Origin: Ptychomitrium polyphyllum
Taxonomy: Eukaryota
Assembly (NCBI GenBank): GCA_973851085.1
Contig: OZ316775.1
Location: 9,486,001-9,550,000, forward strand
DNA length: 64,000 bases
Direction: 5' to 3'
Shown here piece after piece: positions 1 to 11,736 of this stretch. Under the pieces are notes generated by a model. That model worked only from the letters and a program-made list of their open reading frames with translations, ran no database searches and was not told the DNA's origin. Numbering within the stretch: position 1 is the first letter of the stretch; every line of letters starts with the position of its first letter. Both the position numbers and the translations under genes were made by a program.

Positions 1-2420
1 AAACCGCCAAAATCTACCACTAGCTTATGTTTTCTTAACTAAATATACATTTTTTCTTAGATTATCGTTGAAAATTATACAGTGACGGACCGTTACTGAA
101 TCTGATGATGGCAGCATCTACGCAGTTTGTATGTTTAGGGAGTGAAATGTACGCTCTAGATAAATGTTGTTAGTTGTGGATGCTGCGACAGGTTTTGGAA
201 TGACCTGTGGTATGTTTTACGTATCAATGAAATTGAGGGTGAAGGAAATTCCAATTGTTGAATAGGGTAGAGGCTGAGCTCCAGTGCATATCGCCCATAC
301 CTGAAGGTGAGCGATAGGGGTCTTCCTTGAGAATGCGCACGAGGGCAGAGGCTTTAGTTGGCGCAAAGTTGGTCTTTGTAGAGTGCCACGTGTATGGTTT
401 TACTTGAACCATAGTGCAAAACCTTATAAAACATTTTATAAATGTGATTGCTGTTGTTGTAATATCATACAATGGTTACCTTACATGCCTTACAAGGTTT
501 GATGTACGAAAGGTGCAATACTCTAATATATGAAGTTGTGAATATCAGTGTAGGATGTGTTAAACTGTGAAAATGAATAAGATCAAAATGTAACATTATA
601 TTAATGAAATTTTATAAGTAAATACTATAAAAGATAAATGGACAATGGTAGCATAAATACTTAGACTCAAAACTAAAATTTAAGATTATGACTTGGTGTT
701 TAACTCAAATTTGAGGACGTAGATCATTTTTTATTACATTCTTGACAAAGATAGTTACAATCAAAATTATTTAAAATATAGTAATGAAAGGATTCGGAAA
801 ATGTAAGCCTCTTAAGTAGTGTAAATGATCATTTTATTCAAATTATAAAACATATAAAGAATGACATGTTTTGATATAACAAACCATTTTTAATATGAAT
901 ATATTTGTGAAAAAATGAAGAGACAAATATATCATTTAGAATGGCATATTTGAGCAAAATATTTTAAAATTAAAAACCTCAATAATTTCTTATATTACCT
1001 TATATAGTTTCCATAACAAAATTATTATTTATTATGTTGTATATTTTGTGTGTAATTAACAAAGTAGATATGAAACAATTCTTTAAAGATCTTTGTATAA
1101 GTTTTCAACCTTTTATAGAATTTGTAGGAAGATATATTTTGTTTAAAGATTTATGTTTATAAAAAAATTCAAAATAAAATTTTCAAATGTTTATAGAACC
1201 ATTCTATTGAATATTTTTTCTTAAAAGAAATCTTAGAATAACCATAGCAATTAAAGAAGCACTTACATCTACAATATAACCTTATTATAATTTGTTCCAT
1301 TTTTCAATAGAAAATTTAGCCTAAATGTATATTAATTTTTAAACATTACATATTTAGTTAAAATTTGCTAAATCTCAAAAGCAAATTTTAAGACTTTTCT
1401 TTGATTTTTACCTTTTGATTATTTTTAATTACAATTTGAAAAAAAAATAATAAAATAAAATACATACTTTTAATTTTTTTTTGAAAGTTTCATTAATAAT
1501 TAATAATTTTATAATGATACTTATAAAATTAGTATACAAAAAAAACTAAAGTAAGCATGTTATATATTTTTAATTATTTTTAGAAATAAAACATTAATAC
1601 ATTAAAATTCATGGAATCATTTTTAATTTTGATTAATTAATTTTATTTTATAGTTTTTTTATAGCATTAGCATTTATTTACGTTATATAATATAATACAA
1701 CATTAGAATAATTACTTTCAATTGCATAAAATAATAATTATTGATCACCAAACATTTTCTTATAAAAAAAGAATTAATAAATATTATTTGAAACTATACA
1801 AGAATAGATAAAATTGGGATCATTATTTTTGTTTTTCAAAAAATAATGTCATTTTAAATATTTTGAACATTGTCAATTCATTGTTGAATATAATAATATT
1901 TGTAATATTGCATTAGATTTCAAAATTACATATAGAATTCTAAATCAAATACAAGCACTAGATTACATGTAAAATTCATTTGCCTTCAACATGATTCTCC
2001 ACTTAAATCTTATATAACTTGCTTTTAGTAAGAACTAATGTACTACAACAATACATGATAACATGATTGTAGAAGTCATATAATATTAAAGTCATAAAAA
2101 ATTATGAATACAACACTTTTCAAAGTAAATGGTATGTTAAGAAGTGGGGAGTTCAACAATCCCCATTTAACATACAACAATGAAAGATACTATTTTTCCA
2201 TAAAAACGGGCACCAACAAATATTCTCATATAATCCCTTTTTCAAGCCCATGAGCAAATGCTACATCAATTACATGAATTTTCGAATCCAATGCCATTAC
2301 CAACTGTTGACACAGACCATAGTTTAAGCACCTGTTCATGAATGATATGCACTAAACCACCTTCAATATATTCTTCACATCCTTATCACACAAAAAGTAA
2401 GCGAAAACTGAGAAAGTAAG

Positions 2421-3006
2421 TCACATCAAGCTCATGCACAGGAACATGAGGAGGTGCCACAACAGAAAGAAAAGCAAACTTTGTCGAAAACTTTGTATGA
2501 GGGTGGAAGGAGCGTCATCGATGTAATCAACCGCATTGAAATGGACGAAGCATACTCTCTTTCCCATCACTTCCATTGTGAGGTCGCCCCAGCTGCTGTT
2601 GCTGCAAACCGTGAGCAATTGTGAGGTCAGTTCGTTCACACAGTCCTGTGGATACCACAACAACAATCTCTCAGTACTTGCTCTCTAAATTACAGGTTAT
2701 GTACAGAGAGGTTTTAGAACGCAGGACTAGCATTCGGCTCACTCTGCAAATATCATCCGTATCAGAAGGGTCACATTCACCCCATAACCACACCACGAGC
2801 TTTGTCTTTTCGCTTGTTGCGGTGAGGTTCAACTTATGTTCCTTCTGGGCAACCAAATCGACATTTAAACTGCGAATGCCGTGCAGCATGTTCTCCTTGA
2901 AGTCGTCCATGACAGAGTCCAGAATATGAGACTTGCTGCAGTTGTAATCACCTCTAACTACCGGCACCAACCATAAGAATACCACAATCCATTCAACCAT
3001 AGCCAT
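2421..3006 (-). CDS. Single DUF26/Gnk2 (cysteine-rich repeat) secreted protein with hydrophobic C-terminal tail, 162 aa; exons 3006-2743, 2645-2421
   Basis: Splicing TGCAGA|gtgagc...ccacag|GACTGT (97-nt intron) joins two ORF-track pieces and creates C-DPSDTDDI-C-RD-C, the C-X8-C-X2-C DUF26 motif. Also a signal peptide (MAMVEWIVVFLWLVPVVRG), a DUF26-like FKENMLHGIRSL helix, downstream Cys in LLTVC and VCFVHF, and a hydrophobic tail SLLFFLLWHLLMFLCMSLM*. Confidence 0.8.
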
Positions 3007-3113
3007 GGATCATCTAGACGACCTCTCAACAGCAAGAACACTCTTAAATAAAAAGTTTCAATGTAGCCTAGAAGATAAATGTAACTCCACTATGCCTACA
3101 AGCACAATGGATT

Positions 3114-3162
3114 TTCAGAACACAACCAAGCTGAAATCTAAATTCAGAACACAACCAAGCTG
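3114..3162. repeat. Direct repeat, 20 bp exact, period 29
   Basis: ttcagaacacaaccaagctg at 3114 and 3143. Confidence 0.85.
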
Positions 3163-3215
3163 TAAAAGTAAACGATCAGCTTGCGCGGCAAACAGAGCAC
3201 AAGACTCCATGCAAG

Positions 3216-3361
3216 CCTAACTGACAAAACCTGAGGGATGTGCACCCAAAACCGTTACCGCAAGCAATTACCATTCTAAAATGTACACCAGTGATAGACA
3301 ACGTCAATATTGGTCTAGTGACGGTTTTGGATACGCATCCCTCACGTGGTTTTCGGTTAGG
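3216..3361. repeat. Imperfect inverted repeat / fold-back (MITE relic or hairpin RNA)
   Basis: tgagggatgtgcacccaaaaccgttac (3232-3258) is 23/27 complementary to gtgacggttttggatacgcatccctca (3318-3344); pairing extends outward with cctaactgacaaaacc / ggttttcggttagg. Confidence 0.8.
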
Positions 3362-4252
3362 TCATAATAAATCGAGTGTTGCTTCTGGACGATGATCACC
3401 CATCTGGAAGGACATTGAACTCTTCCTCGTTCATGAATGTCCTCCAAACGATACCCAAATTAACGACCGTCATCCACATCATATTACGGCAGAGCCCGAA
3501 GAGATGAACGAGAAAGGATTTATTATCTAGCAGCGCCTTGGCCACAGGTCATACAGAGAATGCAGGAGTAAAAGGGCAAATCGAAAGCGTCTGACGACAT
3601 AGAGTCCCAAGTACAGACGCATTCCATTTGTGCAGATACATGCACATATCATGATGTCTCTTTTTCAATGCATTGCATCGCACGAACTTTTTCCTTGTCG
3701 GAATTCTTAGATTCGTAGTATAAGCAGCGAACGAAAATTTCCATACCATTAATGGAGCTTAGTAGGCCCACCAACTTGCTTTTACACGGAGTTTTCAACA
3801 TCCCCTGGCTTTGACCGATACTGCGTTGATACTTGGCGAAACTGATCTAACACCCTTTCGTTACTAGTATTAAAACCAGATGATATTTAGGCGGGTATCA
3901 CAATATTGCAACAAGGGGGAGAAGGGACATGGGGGGCAGCTATGGTGTGTGAGCGAGGAGGCGCAGGAGATGGTCGGGAGAAACTCTGGCGATGGCTAGT
4001 CAGGGTTTGAGGTTTGGAGGTTCTGGTCGAGGAGTTTAGAATTTATGTGTGTCTGAAGGAAAGATGAGATGAGACAACCAGGGGAGAGTGGAGTGGAGAG
4101 GTGATGTTTTGAAGTCTTTGTATGTGAGGACGTTTTTCAACGGAGTCAGTTGAAGTGTGAGGAGTTTGATGTTGATAGAGACGTTTGAGTTGATGGTGGA
4201 GAGGAGGTGGCTCTAAGGCGGGAGAGGTGTTTGGAGTTGCTGTGCAGAAGTA

Positions 4253-6358
4253 ATGCAGGACCTAGCGCTTCTTCCGAGTACGGCTGGAGGACGGACTCCG
4301 CAGCAGCCGATTGAGAGGTTGGAGACGAGTTTGAGGCAGAGAGGACGTAGCGCTCGAGTGTTGTTTGTTAGGAAGTATTCGATTGAGTCTCTTTCTTCTT
4401 CGTCGTTGTATGTTTCTTCGTCTTCCTCTAAGTATGGACGTCCACTGTGTCCTGGTATGGTGGGTCCGAAGTGGAGGAATGGTACGACGCGAGTGCTATG
4501 TATGCGAGACGAGGGGGAGTCAAAACCTGAATTCATCGAGGTTGGAGATATAGTGTTAGATGAAACAGGAGGGGAGGGCTCTCCATCGCAGAAGGTTGAA
4601 TCGAATTATTTTTCAGGATTGGAGAAGGATGAGAATAAGGTGAAGACATCAGCGCCGGCAACCGAGTTCGATGCTCGTCACCCGTTCGACCTCGGGTGGA
4701 TTGCCGCTTGGGTGGACGGAGTAAGTGAAAGAGGCATGCAGAGGCGGAGAACGTTTTACAACCATGACGACTGGTTGCAGCATCGGAGCTCAACGAGGCA
4801 TTATCGACATTTTGCGTCAAGCTTGTCGTCTCGGGCGATTCTGTCTTTGATACCTCCCGTCGGTACCGTGACCGCGATCTCAGTGGCTGTTGCGCTGTAC
4901 AACTCTATCGTGTTAACGGGGTGGTTGCCGTCGTTCATTCCATTGTTGCATGCTTCGCCACTTTCTTACCAGCTGACTGCCCCAGCACTGGCGTTACTTC
5001 TCGTGTTTCGAACAGAAGCATCGTACTCTCGCTATGATGAAGCTCGGAAGACTTGGACAAAGGTTATCAGCAGTTCAAAAGACATAGCACGTCAGTCGAT
5101 GGCTTGGGCTCAAGGCCCTGTTGATTACCCACAGAAGAAGCTGTTACTGGACTACATTCTGGCCTTTCCCGTGGCTCTCAAGGTAATATCTCAAAACACC
5201 TGCCATCACAGCTAGTGACCAATGCCCTAAGCTTACTATATGTTGATTCTGTTTTAGAGCAATCGTAGAGCTGGTTTGTGTTTATTCCTTACTTCTTAGT
5301 AGAACACCTCAACCAAAATGTCTCCTGATGGAACGAAAACAACTGCAATCAATCTCCCCAGTTTAGCCAGTCAAATTTAGGTTTTTCCAATCTGGTTCGA
5401 GCACCAGTGGTGTAGGAATTACTATGTATGCAGTGAACGTACTCCGTTAACTGACACAGCTACTTTCGGACATGCAGTGTCATCTTCTTTACAACTCAGA
5501 TATTGCAGAAGAGCTGAAGGAGATCTTGAAAAAGGATGACCTTGCGGTTGTCCTGAGTGCAGAGCATCGCCCTAATTGTCTTATTCAACTCATAACCCAT
5601 TCTTTGAAATGTCTTAAGTTTGAAGATGGGGAAAGAAGCCTTCTGGTGAGTAAGAAACTGCTCACTCCTGCAATCCTTTTTGTGCTCCATATCATCTAGT
5701 CAATTTTATACATTCTCTAGCTAGTGCGGATTTTTGCATACAGTAGCTTCTGCTTGACGGGTGTTTGATAGAGACGTTTGTCTTGTTTTGCAGGATGCAA
5801 ATATTTCACAATTTAATGAGAGCATAAGTATATGTGAGCGCTTGATTCGCACACCCATTCCTCTTGCTTATACGCGGTTGACCTCACGAATTTTGTTGCT
5901 GTGGCATCTTGCTTTACCTGTGGTGCTTTGGGATGATTGCCACTGGGTGGTTGTTCCCGCCACTATTATCAGTGCAGCGTCACTGTTCTGCATCGAGGAG
6001 GTGAGATATATCGCCATTTCACAAATGATTAAGCATAGTATTTGTTTATTACTCATCTTTCAGAATCACTAAATCGCCTCGGATGGTTCTAAAAATATCG
6101 CTTCCTAAATGCAAGTGTCGGGAATTTGTTCTGGGAGTAAGTTGCATAATATTCGTTTTTTGGATGGAACTGCTACGGCAGGTGGGGGTGATCATCGAGG
6201 AGCCTTTTCCGATCCTGCCATTGGACCAAATGTGTTCAAAAGCACGTGAAAATATACAGGAGTTCGCACAATTGCAAGTAAAAGCTCAAGAGCACTTGGG
6301 TAAAAAGACGCTGAATTTACCAAGCAATGGTGTTACAAATGGGGTTACCAGATCGTGA
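4253..6358 (+). CDS. VCCN: Bestrophin-like (UPF0187) anion channel of the VCCN family, probably plastid-targeted, 493 aa; exons 4253-5182, 5478-5645, 5794-6000, 6182-6358
   Basis: Motifs FYNHDDWLQHRSSTRHYRH, LLLVFRTEASYSRYDEARKTW, CERLIRTPIPLAYTRLTSR and IEEVGVIIEEPF; Ser/Arg-rich N-terminus; GT-AG junctions sum to 1482 nt in frame. Confidence 0.92.
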
Positions 6359-7902
6359 CGGACAACTGAAGACCTGAGATATTGATGAGAATGTGCCTGT
6401 TGCATTGTCTTGTACATTGGATATGACAGGAAAAATGATCGCATGCCCGTGATCATGTCACTCTGAAGGACAACTTGTGAGGCAGGTTCTAAGTTCGAAG
6501 GCATGCACCAACTCTCGGAACTGACTATCCCTATGGCTGTTCATGGCATCCTTCCACGAAGCCCAATTTTGTTATTAGGTCAGAATACTGAACACAACCA
6601 TCAATTCGTATACAATATTATATGTAGTTATGAGCCCTGTTTAAAGCGTAATAGTATGTACTTAATGACATAATGTAAAACTATTTTAGACTTAGTGACT
6701 GTTGTCTTATGTCTCGGAAAGTACATACTACAGGATACCGGAATCTGCACCGATATTGGATATCGTTATACGCACTTATGCTCTGGCTCTACGTTTTGTA
6801 TTCATCTTTGGCTTAGAAATCATTCAGAAATTGATTGATGGCATGAGGACAGCCTATGAATACCGAATAATACCCCAGTTATGAGTCAGTTTTAACGTAA
6901 AGTGTCTTGAGAACCTGTAGCGTTTAATGGACACTTCTTGTATGACTTGGTCTTTTTACATATCAACCATTACTTCAAATATTAGTGTGGTTTCCTTTTC
7001 ATTGAAATTTCCTGCATCGCCTACTTCAGACAAACTTATTCGCCATACAATTCCGACAGTGGTTGCGAAGTGAATGGTACCAATTCTAAAAACGGCACTA
7101 GTTGCAATGAATGGTACATGATCTGGAAGTGAAAAGGAGTACATGGCCACTGCAGTTTATTTATATTTTAAAATACCAATAGGGCTTGTGTTCAGCTCAG
7201 AAGCAAATCATGATGCACCTGCATGACTATCATAATATAACAGAGGACCTCGAAAACCACTCTGAATGACTAATCGTTATTCTAAGAGACGGTACTTAAT
7301 CTGTACAAACAATCTGGAGTGTAAGATCCAAGTTCGCTGCAGAAGTTTGCTAGCCAAGTGTTACACCAAATTCTCTAAGACCATGCGAGATACAGTTCGC
7401 AAGTACGCCATTTTCCAGAACCCCGTTAGGGAAAGCGTGCTGCATGAGCAACACCATTTGAACATCAGTGGGAGTCTCCTCTACAAAAGTGGCGTTCGTT
7501 ACAATCAGGTGGCCTCCGTTAAGTGAAGTAGGGTGGGTCTTCACATGCTTCCACGTATGTTTTCACGTGCATTAAGATTAAACCCTTGCTACCCGAAGAT
7601 TATCTTGCAGGAATTTCACCTGGACGACGTCTTCGATAACATCAATGCCACAAGCTTTTCTTCCTCTATTGTTGTGGATATGGCAGAACGTGTGATCGTT
7701 TGTGCTGCCGGAAAATCATATTCCCGCCTTGATCACCTTGTCATTCTCGTCATGTGTGGGGCTCGACGGTAATCGTATAAATATTAATTTTGACCTCAAG
7801 GATGAGATCAAGTGACCGAACTCATGCTTTAACAATCGCGACGGGATGACACCAAAAAAGTGGGGCTTTCAACTGTAAAGCACAAGCATGTGAAAAGAAG
7901 CT

Positions 7903-10900
7903 TCAAGCTCCACTTATACTCTTTCCGTTCTTAATGGGCGCCGGAACTCTCTTCTCGCCCTTAGCAGGAGTAGTAGTTACTGCGCCACGGTGGAGAGAGC
8001 ACGCACAATTGTGGAGACCAACCTCCTCCACGATGCAAGGAATTTCCACCTTGCCGTCCGGGAAAGCGCGCTTACGAACCTCAATAAGTTCTTCCACAAA
8101 GTTATCCAGCTTCTCCTCAGTTACACTTGGCATCACAACCGCGTGTGCAATCTTGCCCTATGATCAAATCAGCCGCCATTAAGATGCCACGAATTGCATG
8201 AGAGGCAGGTTCAAAATTTCACGAAATACTGCGATAAATGTAAAGAACTTGCTAGACCCATCCGTAAAATATTATAGATACATGAACTCCACTCTATCGG
8301 AAGTACCTCAAGGATGTGAAAGAAAAACTTACTTGACAAGCAAGCTGCCATTTGAGGATAAAGGTCTCGTCTAGAGGCCTTTCGAAAACGACTGTGCTGC
8401 TGAGCTCATTGAGCATGACTCCAATTTTGGCTTCCCTCAAACGCTCTTTCAAGTGATGAGCGTTGCGAAGGCAACGCTGAACGTCTTTCTGAAAGCCACG
8501 GTATCCCTTGCGATTGAGGGTGTACCACAGGAAAATGGGAGCGTGACCGTTTCGGCTTCCCATAATAGTTGCATCACGAGAAGCTAGATATTCAACGTTA
8601 CGGGACAGAGAATTAATATGCTTCATCCTAGTGAATTGCACACCGCATGGCATTGGGCAACCGATAAATTTATGACCTGACACACTCACACTACCGATAG
8701 GTTTCTTAAAAGTCACCTTAGGAGCCTGCAAACACAGTAATAACCAGTGTCAAGAAAGAATCTCAAAAAACCATCCTACCAGAAAGTTAAGAGTTAATTC
8801 TGAGCATTTTGGAGAAACTGGTTTACAAAGTTCAGTCAAGAAGGCCGGTCACGGAGTCACGGAATAGATCTGCAAATTAGACGTCAGAAGGATTAGATCT
8901 ACATCAAAATTCAGTATTCATGTCTTCCTGTCGCAAGCGAATGGACACTCCTCAACTGCGTGAGAGCACTTACCTCATGCACTTCTCCAGATAAAGACTT
9001 CTTTCGAATGTATCGCAAATCCCAAGTACCCTTTTAAGAATGAATGAGAATAATAATGATAGGTCAGAATTCGTAATTGAAAGTCCTAAACAGCGAACTA
9101 TATATAACCATTCATTTACTGTGACAGGAGTCGGCAGGTGACCTGCACCAGGCTCAAGCAGCTGTCTGGTTCCTGCCATATGGGCGACTGGCAGACAAAT
9201 GGCTTAGACGCTTGTATCGCGGATTCTCATCCTGTCAAAATCATCCTAGTGAAAAATCCACAGTGTCCGCAATCAAATGCTCAAAACCATGTGCCAGAGC
9301 CTCAGAACTGCTCAGCCAGACAATCTTTCCCAAAAGTTCTACGGTTTCGAGGGCATATAGAGCTTGTTCTGCAAAAATCTCTCTATAAACTTTTGTACCT
9401 CGTGATCTAAATGATAGTGGCCTTAGTATAACGACATAAATCAAGCATGCTGCAATTAGGATGTTGCCATGTAAGATGGCCAGCAAAAAAAATTACTATC
9501 TTTGCTACACGACAACAGGTCTACATGATAACCTGTAACATAGTACTTCAAGTGTTTCTCATGTTCCCATTTACTCATACTAATATCCTAAAAGATGTCA
9601 AGCGTACTTACCTTCTTCACAAATGGCATCATCAGGCCAAAGAGGGCGCCGTCAACATGAATGTAGAATCGATCCTCGGTATAGCCTACTCGTTCCAGAA
9701 CTTTCAGTATCAAGTCGAGATCGTCCACAGCTCCCTTGACAGTTGTCCCTGTTCAAATAACGAAGCCACTTCATTCAGATAAAACTCTACCTATGAAGAG
9801 TAATCTCAAAGCTGTGAAAGCAAATCTACAACTGCCAGAACGTTCACTGACCACATATGGGCTCATCATATGATTCAACAACAAAATTGAGCGTTCCTGC
9901 TGATGAGCTTTGCTTACCGATGTTGACATTCAAAATTGCAGGTTTGTCCTTTCTCTCAGATAGCTTACGCTCCAAGTCAGCACAATCTATCTCGCCGGAC
10001 AAAAGCGTATCCACTTTCACAGCCTCCATCCGATACATTCGAGCAGCCTTGAAGACAGAGTAATGAGAATCTCTGGAAGCATACAGAATACCATCTGGAA
10101 GAACTTCTCGCCTGAATATCACAAACATGCGAAGATTAGCACAGGTGAGAATCACAAATTAGAATAATGGCGCCGTACTGAACACGCAAACTTGCAACGT
10201 TCTGAGGATCCGAGCGCCATGGTCAAGTGTCCAGAGAAATGTGCACTGGATCGGAAAGAGGACGGTCAAACACGACAGAACACATGGTTGCTCCTAAAGT
10301 AAATACTAACCCAACGAGAATGCCATGCAGATTTCCTTCAGTACCACAGTTGGTGATGTAGCCCCAATACTCGTCCTTCTCCAGCTCCCACAACCTGGCA
10401 AACCAGTCCAACACACCTACCTCAAATTGTCGAGAGTGGACGCCGTAGTTGCTTTCGATGAAAGGATCCCCTAAATTGTTGATGGAGAAATGCTGCAGCT
10501 GTGACAGAGCTCCGTAATCGAAGTCCAGATTGTAGGGGTAACCTGCAGCAAGCGCAAATTGGATAAGAACCTGCTGCAACAGACCATAAAACACTTATAG
10601 ACCAAATCCAGTTGCACATCTTTCTACTAGACATTCATGTGCCGTGTAACGGTCATGAACTTTTGCAATCCTACGAGCTGCGGAGGGGTCCATTTATCAT
10701 GGTGAAATCGGTAGTAGTATCATTGTTTACGTGAAACAACGAGTCTGTTGGTATGAATGAACGAAGCAAGGTAAGTATGCCTCTAAGGCTTCATGGAATG
10801 TTCATTGGAAAGACAAGGCTCTGTCGGTGGAGAAGAGGTTGTCCGCCTGCATGTGAGACTCGAAAGCCGCTTGACAGTGATGCACTAAAACCTAAAAAAC

Positions 10901-11736
10901 AAACTGCAGGTTACTGAAACGAACAAGTCAACATTGTATTGATTGAAGCATGAGTTTTGTTGGGTGTCAACTGTCATACAGTCTGCTGAACGTGGATCTT
11001 TGTAACCAGCAGCGAGATCATACATTTAGGGACCTTCAAAGCAAAAGCAGCACGTGAAAAAGGACGAAGAAACGTAAGACTTCGTGGCTATTACTAGACT
11101 GTTCTAGCGACTATCAAAAAGAAATTCGAGGTCCCAGGCATATGCTTCAGCATTCAAAGTACAAAAAGTACAAAAACAGCGCCTGTACACAGTAGTTAGA
11201 ACTTTAGTCTTAATGAAGCTCTGATCCGATGGAGGTAGACTTTCATGAAGCACATGAGTAGCACAAGAAAAAATATCACAAGAAAACAAGTGAATTGCTA
11301 GTCAGGAATCACAGAGTTGACAACCCACGATAATTCAACGGATAGGCTGAGCAAAATTGGTCGGCATTTGCACACCTAAGTGATACTTCGTCTTCTCAGT
11401 CAATGATTTCCGATAACGGGCAAGGACGCTGGCCATGTACGCATCCTTCTCGCCAGTCACTTCGTCGTCGTGATCTGGCTCAGTAATCTCCAACGAACTC
11501 CCGTGCATGTTCCTTCCAAGCACGAAACTCTTGTTATCCTTGACATGGCCGAGCTGACCGTCTTCCAGCGGCGGCAGGACGTTCTTCAACCTGTCAAGTG
11601 GAATCTCGTCAGGAAGCGCCTCACTCACGCCAAGGGACACAGGCGGGGGCAACGATCTCTTCAGCGACGCTTTCAGCACGGGCGACGCCGACAAGGTCAC
11701 GCATCGAGTCGCTGCATCTTCCACAGTGCTCACCAT
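7903..11736 (-). CDS. SDC: Serine decarboxylase (group II PLP-dependent decarboxylase), 523 aa; exons 11736-11376, 10542-10311, 10111-9918, 9748-9612, 8725-8333, 8157-7903
   Basis: [62 protein letters not shown]-lysine motif SVSGHKF, GSRNGH; six exons sum to 1572 nt in frame. Confidence 0.95.

Noticed and set aside
224..472. 82-aa ORF near the window start
   Set aside because: No recognisable motif in any frame.
7266..7772. Small ORFs between VCCN and SDC
   Set aside because: No recognisable domain or splice structure; likely 3' UTR or intergenic.
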